NCBI GenBank assembly: GCA_030390025.1
Contig: CM059432.1
Coordinates: 82,090,001 to 82,154,000, forward strand
Source: Squalus acanthias
Taxonomy: Eukaryota
Reading direction: 5' to 3'
DNA: 64,000 nucleotides
Below, one piece after another: positions 51,907 to 64,000 of this stretch (its first letter is position 1; every line of letters starts with the position of its first letter). The notes beneath the pieces are model-generated. The model made no database searches. It was not told where the DNA came from and worked only from the letters and a program-made list of their open reading frames with translations. The position numbers were made by a program, and so were the translations under genes.

Positions 51907-52091
51907 GGTAATTTTATGAGTTTGTGCTCTCAGTGCCGAGTCTTGTCCACCAGGAGTGCATATCAGGAACTCGGGTGCCTCACCTCAAGATTTTATGTCC
52001 GTTAGGATCATTGGGCGGAAAGTCATAGAGGGGCACACGCCCAACTGAAATCCCAGTATGTGCTCCTAGTGCGCAAACACATAAAATTGCT
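51907..52091. mobile_element. Short MITE
   Basis: TIRs ggtaattttatgagtttgtgc / gcgcaaacacataaaattgc; a related copy lies at about 21085-21280 (shared ccaggagtgcatatca). Confidence 0.6.
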
Positions 52092-53237
52092 GTATAACCT
52101 TTACGAGGAATTGAACCTGTTTTTGCAATGTAGTTTCCACATTGTTCATTTTTTTCATAGGTTTTCATCTAATTTAATAATTTTTGCGCAACACTGTTTA
52201 CTCTCCATTGAAGGGTATGTACCTTCCCCACATTTTTTGTCCTTTTGCAGGGGCTTTCCCGGTTATCTGTTCTGTTGCCAAGAGGGCAGGTACGTGGCCG
52301 AGCATTGCCTAGGCCACTTGGTTGGCTGGTCACCAGGAGGCAAAAGAGGACAGCCTGGTGAAGATCCCCCTGTCCGCTTTTCTGTCCACCCATCACCTGC
52401 ATTCAGCAGTCCTTCACCAAGTGCAGCTCAGATTGGGACTTCAGTTGGGTGGCTGCCCCTCTCCACAGCCTGCACATTGGCACTTTGATGGCCAGTCCCT
52501 CGGCAGCATTTCCCATTATTATTCTTTCTATGTAACATGTTTTACCATCAGACACATGCAGGCACCAACCCCATCACTTATGATCCTCTTTATTTATGAA
52601 CTTGGTAAGTTGCCTTGTCAGACAACAGGGCAACAAAGCAGCTTTGAGACACTTGTATTCAGAGCATCGTGAAAACATTGACCCTTTTGTCCAGGCTTCA
52701 TAACAAATGTTCAAAAGGAGAAAATCCAGTTTGAGCATGCTACAGATTTTAAAAGCTGAGCTAATTCTCAAAGTTAAGCAATTATAGCTTTTGCCTTGAG
52801 TTCCCCAGTCACTGACTAAAATAGTTGCCACCTGAATCTTCTCACTTTTATTTCCCTCTGTCATAGGGGAGGTTTAGCCAGAAGTGGTATAAATCTTATT
52901 GATGTTACTGCTGTTGACAGCTTCAGTTTCACTGATTCTCTTATACTTTGGTAATGTTTCACACAGATGGAAGTTGTTTAAAGTCAAACGCAGCTCAGGA
53001 TTTCAGATCAAGGGCAAAATTATGTTACCACTGTTGGGTCTATCAGCAGGCAGCTACATTAGAATTTGCATCCAGTGAAACAGAACAGTTGAACATGGAA
53101 TCGTGATTTACTTATACTTCTGACATACTTTTGTACTGCTAGGATTCAAAGTGCTAGAAAGGGACAGCCGTGAACCCACTGAGAGCCAAATCAGACAATT
53201 TGAAAACCGTTTGAAAGTTCACAAAGTCTGCTCAGTT

Positions 53238-53492
53238 GCCCCCCCCCACACCCCGCCACCCTCCCGTTCCCCCCACCCCACCACCCTCCCGTTCCCCCCA
53301 GCCCCCACCCCACCCCACCACCCTCCCGTTCCCCCCCCACCACCCTCCCGTTCCCCCCAGCCCCCCACCCCGCCACCCTCCCGTTCCCCCCGGCCCGCCA
53401 CCCTCCTGTTCCCCCCGCCCCCCCCCGGCCCCCTCCCCCCACCCCGCCACGCTCCCGTTCCCCCCGGCCACCGCCCCCCCCCCCCCCACCCC
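53238..53492. repeat. C-rich degenerate minisatellite (core ccaccctcccgttccccc)
   Basis: Core repeated about 7 times, separated by variable C-runs. Confidence 0.9.
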
Positions 53493-54229
53493 AGTTGGCA
53501 ATGAGGGCGCTCAAATTCTTGGGGCAGAATGAGCTGAGTTTTCACACGTCCACTCACTTTGTCTGCAACCCAGTCCAGAATCCTGGGGTCAGCCAAATTA
53601 AATATTTGGGCAGGCTGCTTTGTACACCTAGGACACACGTCCCAGCAGGTGTGAGAGTGATTTTACTCCGATGCCTTGTCACAGCAATAGCAGGGCTGCG
53701 GGACTCTAGCAGACAAAGGAAATATTTCTAAAAATGTTCATGTTGGCTTCTTCTAATATTTTCAGCAATAAAGTTGATCATTCTGCGATCAATTGCATAA
53801 TCAAAGCCAGCCTTTGAATTTATAAAGTATCCTTCCCTACAGCCCTAACATTGTGGGCCGCCTGGGACACACAGGCATTCCTGAAATCCAACATCACTAA
53901 CGGGGCAACTCAGGCTTCATTCACATTGTATTATACAGTCACTCATTTGCAGGGTGGGCTTTTGTCCTGCCAGCAAAAGTGCCAGGCTTTCTGATGAGAA
54001 CAAGGAATGGTAGAAACCTGTCAGATCCAAGGTTCACCCCATATTAGATTGGGGGCCACTCGTGAGTGGCAAGCTTACGACTACAGGTGGCAATAATGCT
54101 GGGAGCTTGCTGAACATTTTAAAATTGAAGCAACCTGGATAATGTGCAAGGGATCAATGCCAAGTCCATCAGGAGGGTGAAAATTCCGCATGGCCTACCT
54201 TCGCTGGCAATCCCACCGTGGAGTAAAAT

Positions 54230-57200
54230 GTACAAACACTGACACACCCACAAACACTGACACACCCACAAACACTGACACACCCACAAACACTGACACA
54301 TCCACAAACACTGACACACCCACAAACACTGACACACCCACAAACACTGACACACCCACAAACTTTGACACACCCACAAACACTGACTAACGGACAAACA
54401 CTGACACACCCACAAACACTGACACACGGACAAACACTGACACACCCACAAACACTGACACACCCACAAACACTGACACACCCACAAACACTGACACATC
54501 CACAAACACTGACACACCCACAAACACTGACACATCCACAAACACTGACACACCCACAAACACTGACACACGGACAAACACTGACACACCCACAAACACT
54601 GACACCCGGACAAACACTGACAAACCCACAAACACTGACACACGGACAAACACTGACAGACCCACAAACACTGACAGACCCACAAACACTGACACACGGA
54701 CAAACACTGACACACGGACAAACACTGACACACCCACAAACACTGACACACCCACAAACACTGACACATCCACAAACACTGACACACCCACAAACACTGA
54801 CACATCCACAAACACTGACACACCCACAAACACTGACACACCCACAAACACTGACACATCCACAAACACTGACACACCCACAAACACTGACACATCCACA
54901 AACACTGACACACCCACAAACACTGACACACCCACAAACACTGACACATCCACAAACACTGACACACCCACAAACACTGACAAACCCACAAACACTGACA
55001 CACGGACAAACACTGACACACGGACAAACACTGACACACCCACAAACACTGACACACGGACAAACACTGACACACGGACAAACACTGACACACCCACAAA
55101 CACTGACACACGGACAAACACTGACACACCCACAAACACTGACACACGGACAAACACTGACACACCCACAAACACTGACACACCCACAAACACTGACACG
55201 GACAAACACTGACAGACGGACAAACACTGACACACCCACAAACACTGACACTCCCACAAACACTGACACACCCACAAACACTGACACACCCACAAACACT
55301 GACACATCCACAAACACTGACACACAGACAAACACTGACACACCCACAAACACTGACACACGGACAAACACTGACACACGGACAAACACTGACAAACGGA
55401 CAAACACTGACACACCCACAAACACTGACACACCCACAAACACTGACACACGGACAAACACTGACACACCCACAAACACTGACACACCCACAAACACTGA
55501 CACATCCACAAACACTGACACACCCACAAACACTGACACACCCACAAACACTGACACATCCACAAACACTGACACACCCACAAACAGTGACAAACCCACA
55601 AACACTGACACACGGACAAACACTGACACACGGACAAACACTGACACACCCACAAACACTGACACACGGACAAACACTGACACACGGACAAACACTGACA
55701 CACCCACAAACACTGACACACGGACAAACACTGACACACCCACAAACACTGACACACGGACAAACACTGACACACCCGCAAACACTGACACGGACAAACA
55801 CTGACAGACGGACAAACACTGACACACCCACAAACACTGACACTCCCACAAACACTGACACACCCACAAACACTGACACACGGACAAACACTGACACACC
55901 CACAAACACTGACACGGACAAACACTGACAGACGGACAAACACTGACACACCCACAAACACTGACACTCCCACAAACACTGACACACCCACAAACACTGA
56001 CACACAGACAAACACTGACACACCCACAAACACTGACACACCCACAAACACTGACTAACGGACAAACACTGACACACGGACAAACACTGACAAACGGACA
56101 AACACTGACAGACGGACAAACACTGACACACCCACAAACACTGACACACCCACAAAAACTGACACACCCACAAACACTGACACACGGACAAACACTGACA
56201 CACCCACAAACACTGACACACCCACAAACACTGACACACCCACAAAAACTGACACACCCACAAACACTGACACACCCACAAACACTGACACACGGACAAA
56301 CACTGGCATACCCACAAACACTGACACACCCACAAACACTGACACACAGACAAACACTGACACATCCACAAACACTGACACACCCACAAACACTGACACA
56401 CCCACAAACACTGACACACGGACAAACACTGACACACGGACAAACACTGACACACCCACAAACACTGACACACGGACAAACACTGACACACCCACAAACA
56501 CTGACACACCCACAAACACTGACACACGGACAAACACTGACACACCCACAAACACTGACACACCCACAAACACTGACACACTGACACACGGACAAACACT
56601 GACACACCCACAAACACTGACACACCCACAAACACTGACACACCCACAAACACTGACAGACGGACAAACACTGACACACCCACAAACACTGACACACCAA
56701 AACAAAGACTGACACACCCACAAACACTGACACACCCACAAACACTGACACACGGACAAACACTGACACACGGACAAACACTGACACACCCACAAACACT
56801 GACACACCCACAAACACTGACACACGGACAAACACTGACACATCCACAAACACTGACACACGGACAAACACTGACACACCCACAAACACTGACACACCCA
56901 CAAACACTGACACACCCACAAACACTGACACACGGACAAACACTGACACACGGACAAACACTGACACACCCACAAACACTGACACATCCACAAACACTGA
57001 CACACCCACAAACACTGACACACGTACAAACACTGACACACGGACAAACACTGACACACCCACAAACACTGACACACCAAAAGAAACACTGACACACCCA
57101 CAAACACTGACACACCCACAAACACTGACACACGTAGAAACACTGACACACGGACAAACACTGACACACGGACAAACACTGACACACCCACAAACACTGA

Positions 57201-58170
57201 CACACCCACAAACACTGACACACGTAGAAACACTGACACACCCACAAACACTGACACACGGACAAACACTGACACACGGACAAACACTGACACACCCACA
57301 AACACTGACACACCCACAAACACTGACACACGGACAGACACTGACACACGGACAAACACTGACACATCCACAAACACTGACACACCCACAAACACTGACA
57401 CACAGACAAACACTGACACACCCACAAACACTGACACACCCACAAACACTGACACACGGACAAACACTGACACACCCACAAACACTGACACACGGACAAA
57501 CACTGACACACCCACAAACACTGACACACCCACAAACACTGACACACGGACAAACACTGACACACCCACAAACACTGACACCCGGACAAACACTGACACA
57601 CGGACAAACACTGACACACGGACAAACACTGACACACCCACAAACACTGACACACCCACAAACACTGACACACGGACAAACACTGACACACCCACAAACA
57701 CTGACACACCCACAAACACTGACACACGGACAAACACTGACACACCCACAAACACTGACACACCCACAAACACTGACACACGGACAAACACTGACACACC
57801 CACAAACTTTGCACACCCACAAACACTGACACCCGGACAAACACTGACACACCCACAAACACTGACACACGGACAAACACTGACACACCCACAAACACTG
57901 ACACACCCACAAACACTGACACATCCACAAACACTGACACACCCACAAACACTGACACACCCACAAACACTGACACACGGACAAACACTGACACACCCAC
58001 AAACACTGACACACCCACAAACACTGACACACGGACAAACACTGACACACCCACAAACACTGACACACCCACAAACACTGACACACGGACAAACACTGAC
58101 ACACCTACAAACACTGACACATCCTCAAACACTGACACACCCACAAACACTGACACACGTACAAATACTG
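54230..58170. repeat. 18-bp minisatellite array, about 3.9 kb and about 220 units
   Basis: Unit ACAAACACTGACACA(CCC/CGG/TCC), with occasional 16-bp units. Confidence 0.98.
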
Positions 58171-59954
58171 GAATAGTGAGCTGTTTTGACAGAGGAGAGT
58201 AGGCCTCGATAGTGCTTTATGTGGTCCAGCCAGCTGTGGCTATGAATGGCTAAACCATTTTTTCACTATAATATTCAATTCTGCGTCCCTTGAATGTAAT
58301 TGAGTGGCGATGATGGCTTTACTGGGAGAATGACCGGATGAGAGAGAGTAATGGTTTTTTTGGGGTCTAGGACTTCAAAGCTGGAGGTAAGTGTGTGATT
58401 GAGCAAATTGGTAGCTGCAGAAATGTTGTGGTGAATGCAGAGCCAAAGGCTAGACTGTTGGGAATTTGAAATTTGTAAGTGACTTGGGGGAGATTTTTTT
58501 CCAGGGGCGGACACAGAAGGAAGTGGGGTTGGGAGGTTCGTATAAAAAAAATGCACAAATGTTCATTCATGTGCACAAAAAAGATAGACCCACAGGGGCA
58601 ATTTTCATATCCAGAATTAGACGGTGAATGAGGCAAGTACTCCGCCCACCCGAATGAGTCGATGTTGGGCCCATGCCATTTTCATGGCTGGGCCTCACTT
58701 CCATGAATCTGGTGAGCTGCTAGCACAAAATACACTCCCTAAAAACAGCCTCCTGATCTGTGGGGAAATCGGGCATGGTGACCGATTGTGATGCGGCTGC
58801 ACTACCACCTTAAAGGGGAAGGCTGATAGCATCGGGAGTACCATTTTTGCAGTGGCTTATAGCGACAGGGAAAATGTTTGCGTGCCTACGACAGCAAAGA
58901 GATTAATTATTGGAAATTTTTAAGACTTGAAACCCACACCGACTGCAGTGACAGTGAGTGCCAGCTTTTCCTGACTGCAGCTAAGGATCCCTTTAAATAA
59001 TGCTCAAAATAGTCTCAAATTGTGTCGGAGTTTGTGGCTAGTTCATCAGAGCCTGATTTGCATGTACTCATGAGGTCTTCATCCGTTTCTGGTGAGAGCT
59101 CTGTTCACCTAGATCAAGGTCCGCCCAATCGGATTTTTGGCTCACCCGTTTCCCAGGTGTGCTTGGTCCCGCTGCCGCTGCCCTGTTTTCAGATGGAAAC
59201 AGAGCAACAGGGACATGAAAATCGGACTATAGCACTACTGCCTTGCACTTGAATAAGGGAGTATTACTGAGTATCTGTTATATATTAAAGTCCCTCAGTG
59301 GGTCTCTGCATTCCACTTCCAAATGTGTGCGAAACCCCCACATGACCTGATATCTATGGGTCAATGCATTATAAAAGTGTCCCCATGTACCTGTCATACT
59401 TTTTATGCTAGGAGGCGGCACTCTGATGGAGGATTCCAATGTAATTAAGTGTTTGCTTGTGCTCTGCTTTTGAACTAACGTTATATATGACTCGCTCCCT
59501 TCATCAAGATTTAGCCCAGTGATGTCATTGTTTGAGCAGAACAGGTCCAGTAAGTGCCCTAAAAACAGGAGCAGGCAAACCCATGGAAATTATAAATTGT
59601 TTGTTGTCAGGGGATTGATCAGATAGCCTGTTTGTTCTTAAAATTGTAATTTTTTTGGCCATCTTGCCATTGTGTTGCACCTCTGGGCATCCCTTGCTGA
59701 CCCACTCCTGAGCCACCCATTGAAACTCACCTGAGAAGCTTTCCTCCTGCCAAGGTTATTTTGCACAGGCGCCCTGAATTATGCCCAACTGTCGCATCCA
59801 AAAAGTTCAATGTTCTGCTGGAAGAATTGAGAGTTTTTCCCCGCTGAGAGAGGTCACTGGGTCCCCTCTCCCCTCCCCCCCCCCCCTGCTCTTCTGAAAT
59901 ACTTTGCCACTTCCCCATTGAGAGAGTTTGCTGATGTTAAGGTAGTTTTCCTGC

Positions 59955-60250
59955 CTTTGCTCCCTCATCCCCATGCCCTCACCCCCTCCTTCTGCCCTGT
60001 GCCTCTCCTCTATCCCCTCCCTCCTTCCCTCTCGCTCTTTACCCTGGCAAATCTCCTTCCTCTCATCTGCCTCCTCATACCTCCCTCTTCCCTCTTCTTC
60101 CTGTTTCTCCCCTCCACCCTTCCTCTCTCCATCTTCTCCCTACCTCAATCTCCTCTCTCTTCCCCTCTCCTTCTCATTTCTCTCCCATTCCTTTCCCGTC
60201 CCTTCCCCTGCCTCTCCCCTCCCATCTACTTCCTCCCCCATCCCCACGCT
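59955..60250. repeat. Polypyrimidine low-complexity tract
   Basis: About 300 nt that is overwhelmingly C/T on the + strand. Confidence 0.85.
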
Positions 60251-60578
60251 CTAACCTTGCTTGGCCTAAATATTGCGGCTGGTCGTGACTCTCTGTGGGC
60301 AATGCCACAGGAGAGCGACGAGTAAATTCAATAGTTCCAAAGACTGGAATTTGACAACCTTTTGGTTCTGACATTAACTCATTGATAAACCAGTTTTGGA
60401 GTACTGACACACCTTTGTAGTGGACATATTTTCTATCTTATCCTCTGCTCAGTTCTATGAAATAGAATTCATTTGATATACCACAACAGAGAATCCTGTC
60501 TTTGTTGTTGAAGGAAACTAAACATTGCAATCTTCTATATTGTTTATAAAGTTACAGCCCTCAACACTTCAACACTTG

Positions 60579-61470
60579 GGGGGAGAAATTCAGTATCGCC
60601 CCATTTGGGGCGCAATTATCGGCCGGGCGCAAAGATTAGCGCCTGCGCTAATTATCGCCACCGACTGCAAACTTGACTTTTATCGCCCCTGGAGGTGATT
60701 GCAGCGCTATATCAGGCGCTTCACACCTGTCTTAAGGCGCAAAGGCCGAGGAGCGAGGCGCTACCTCAGAGCGCTGGCGAAGCTCATGTAATGTCAGTCA
60801 GCAATGGAACACACACACAATGGCACGGGCCAGTTCTTAAAGGGGATGGTTAATCTTGCTTTCCATCCACATCCTGCTCATTGCAGCCTTGAATCTCGGC
60901 CTGGAGAGACCTGCACATCAAATGTGCTGGAAAGAACAATGGAGAGTACCAGGCAAAGAGCTCAGAGTGCAGCCCCCACAGTCTCTGCTAAATCGATACA
61001 AGGAATGGCAAATCAAAATGAACCTGCAAAGTGCTGCTCAGTACCCAAAACTCCTTCACACAACGTTGAATCTCTCCAGAAGTCTCTCCCTCTCTCTCTC
61101 AGAATGCGTAGTTCAAAAATGGCACCAACAATAAAAGGCAGGAAGCGGTCACCTTTAAATAGCGCTCCCCCTTTCCCTTCATGACTGCAGAACGCTCCCC
61201 TCAACCTGTCGTTGCTAGCGTCAGGCGGTAAGGCAGGGGGCGCCACTCAATATCCGCTCCGGGACGATACCGGGGCGTTGCGCACTCGAGTGACGTCATG
61301 ATCTGCCGGCGCAGGAGATCGTGGCGGTAGTGTTTAGCGCCGCCGCAAAATGTCTAGTTAATTTCGCGAGCGGCGCAAACTTCTTCGCGCCTGGGCGCTA
61401 GATCCTTTGCGCCCCATTAGCGCCCTCTTAAGGTGCTAACGGGAGGCGCAACTAACTGAATTTTTCCCCC
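60579..61470. mobile_element. Harbinger-type non-autonomous element (family B)
   Basis: TIRs gggggagaaattcagt / actgaatttttccccc; TTG TSD at 60576-60578 and 61471-61473. Confidence 0.9.
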
Positions 61471-61586
61471 TTGACCTTTTGACAAGTGTTTCGGATTTCT
61501 AAAGGCCCCGCTGTGCTTGTTTAAAGTTGTGTAATTTTTCTGTGAAATCAAAAAGGATTTAGAATACTTGGGATTTTCTTTTTCAG

Positions 61587-61756
61587 GATTACTTTACAGA
61601 TGTGATTACCAATGACAGTATCAATTACTTCCGCATATCCAAGAAGATATATCCGCACAGGCCTGTGCTCATGGTCATCAGTCATGCTGCACCCCATGGC
61701 CCTGAGGATTCTGCACCACAGTTTTCGGAGCTCTTCCCCAATGCCTCACAGCATAT
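61587..61756 (+). CDS. SULF1: SULF1-like coding exon 4 (not in ORF track); gene continues beyond the window
   Basis: ttttctttttcag|GAT TAC...CAGCATAT|gtgagt; 170 nt. Encodes [56 protein letters not shown](I). Confidence 0.96.
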
Positions 61757-64000
61757 GTGAGTAAAAAGACTTACCTCAGGGACAACACAACCATGCATTT
61801 TCTGGTGTTATTTACAGAAGAGATAAATGTTCTGGCTTGTGGCATTTATCCTGCAAGTAACTAAACATGGAACATATATCATGTTTTGCTCTTTCATTCA
61901 TATTTATGCACAGTCATGGATGAGCAAAAAGTTAAATTGCAATATATTGAAATAGATCCCATGTTATCAGGTGCATTCAGGTGCGAGCTGAAACCAGATT
62001 TCAGGTACTGGCCTCACACTTCTGGAAGTTGGTTTGAGTCAAGCCCAGACTGATAGGATGAAAGTTCCCTCTCTTTGCTGCTTGTAAGGATCCTACATGA
62101 AATGAGTTTGGGCAGTCTCAATATAGTTCCTAGTATGCACGACCCCACACCACAAAGCTGCTCCTAATTTTGCATTAAGTTCGCAATCTGATTCAGGGAG
62201 GCTACAGGATGGCTACTATTGCAAATGGAAAAATGGTGCAACAGGAGGTGGTCTTCTGAAGTCAGGATGGAGGCACATTCTTGGGGCAGAGTTGAGGGAG
62301 GTTCACTCTGCACCTATAAGTGCTCTGTCTACCTTAGTGTGCATGATGCTGGCATTGGATGCCCTTAAAGGAAAGTTCAATTCCTCAGCTGATAGCACAA
62401 AAAAATTCACAAAACAAGGTTAAATTCAGTGAAGCCTTGAAAACTGAGCCCAGTTCCATTCCCTTATTCTTCAATATGTTAGCCTGTAGGTCTGATTATA
62501 CTCAGCAGAAGTGGCGGGTTTAACTTTGGCAGGAGTATTCTGCGGCCAGACAAGGAAACCTCGGCCTTCCCCTGCCCCAGGTATCCCTCCCCTGACTGCA
62601 ATCAACTACCGCCCTCCACCCCCCCGACTTACGTGACTGCCAAGGACTTGATCCCTGTGGCAGTCTCCTGCCCTGCTCATCCCAGGAGTTAAAACGGCCA
62701 AGGCTCATGTCACCGAGCTGGGGCGAGCCCAGCACTCACTCCACCAGCCCTAAGCTCACCCCATGTTAAGGTGCTTTATGTGCAATTCTTTCATTCTTCC
62801 TTTCTCCTTCCTTGAATGTCCCAGGTTGAGTTCCTGGTCTATTGCTGACATAGTTAATGTCAGCAATAGAAATACTACAAATGCCTTTGTGTCCATTTTT
62901 TGATTCCACCTCTCTGAAGTACTTTGGGATGTTTTTATGTGTAAAAGGCACTATATTAGTGCAAGTTGTTGTTGTCGTTGGAGTCGTTGTCTTTAGCATC
63001 CCTGGCCCAGGGAGGGGAAAAGGCAGCCGGACTTCTGCTCCTAATCACTATTCAGTGGCTTTTGCTTGACAGTGCATTGGTGAGAACAAGGTCAGCTGGG
63101 ATCCCTTCCACGGTCAACAGCTTGCTGATACCCACGGTCTAGGGTGACACATGAAGAATTGCCACTTGGGTGAATTGCCATAGCGCAGCCCTCACCTCAT
63201 GATTCATACCCCAATAGAACCAGCGTCTTTAGGAGAGTTAAAGTGATAAGTAGGAAAAAATAAAAATGTCCTATCCTCTCAAACGCAAGAAGAATTCTGT
63301 CTTTAGTGCTCAGTCAGTACTCAAAACACTGAATTGGAGCAACAAAATGAAACATCATTCATTGCAACCAGACTCCCACATGATAGCCTTGCTGCCATCT
63401 CCTTTATTTTGGCAGATGCCATGTTTCTCATCCAGTTGCTGCCAGAACCAAATGTGTTTTTGAATATTCTAATCTGATGATTACTCCTAGGAAAGGAAAA
63501 TAAACCAGATAGATTAACATCAGCAGTATCTCAGAACCGACCAACAAGGAAACTTTAAATCACAGTCCCTTGTACATTCCCTGTGTAGGCCTGGTTTAAA
63601 AGTCTTCCCATTGGTGCAGCATCACTTGTTTTATAGCATTATTAGATTTGATAATTTTTCCCTGTCATAACAGATAAAGAACATGCACAGCCTAGGGCAC
63701 TGAATCAAGCTGCTTTCTAATCTGTTTGTGATTGGGATTACAGTGATTGGCATTACAGTGATTGGCCATTGGGAGGTCAGTTGAATGTTTAGAAAATGAC
63801 CTAAAGCCAAATGATACGTCAGGATAAATTTTGTGAGGCTCATCACCACCAGCAGAGCTTTGCACACAGCCATCGCACATCGTCAAATCGCAGGCGTGCT
63901 GCTTGTGATGTTCCAATGTGTTGGCTGTGTGTGAGGCCTTACGAGGGCTGCAGGGCCTTGCAGAATTTACTGTATCATCTGCTTCAGAAAAATCAAGATA

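Noticed and set aside
53151..53638. Pro-rich and Gly-rich ORFs
   Set aside because: Products of the C-rich low-complexity repeat.
53985..54030. Possible hammerhead ctgatga...gaaacctgtc
   Set aside because: No stem II pairing and only a weak stem I; likely chance. The CTGATGA hits near 754, 12455 and 22797 also lack the structure.
54119..58156. 1345-aa, 1311-aa and other long Cys/Val-rich ORFs
   Set aside because: They are translations of the 18-bp minisatellite, open in several frames on both strands, with frame switches at 16-bp units; no gene structure.
54230..58170. CRISPR-like array
   Set aside because: The variable part is only about 3 nt, there are no unique spacers or cas genes, and the context is a eukaryotic intron.

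Overview
This is vertebrate genomic DNA; the repeat landscape suggests a cartilaginous fish (shark), which is an inference. The window holds the first four coding exons of an extracellular heparan-sulfate 6-O-endosulfatase on the + strand, most likely SULF1: 13813-13984, 35428-35667, 46365-46516 and 61587-61756. All splice sites are GT-AG and phase-compatible, and the gene continues past the window. The introns are dense with transposable elements: CR1 and L2 LINE fragments, tRNA-derived and Deu-type SINEs, many PIF/Harbinger-type elements and MITEs with 3-bp target-site duplications (TSDs), a decayed HARBI1-type transposase, a Tc1/mariner-pogo MITE and a 3.9-kb 18-bp minisatellite. The most notable non-coding signal is a set of Penelope-like (PLE) terminal fragments carrying minimal type-I hammerhead ribozyme motifs. 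One is a perfect 180-bp palindrome with a complete motif on each strand, flanked by a 15-bp TSD. Several nested insertions can be resolved to the base. Nearly all other ORFs in the supplied track are TE remnants or repeat artefacts. No database searches were run; family assignments and human comparisons are from recalled motifs.
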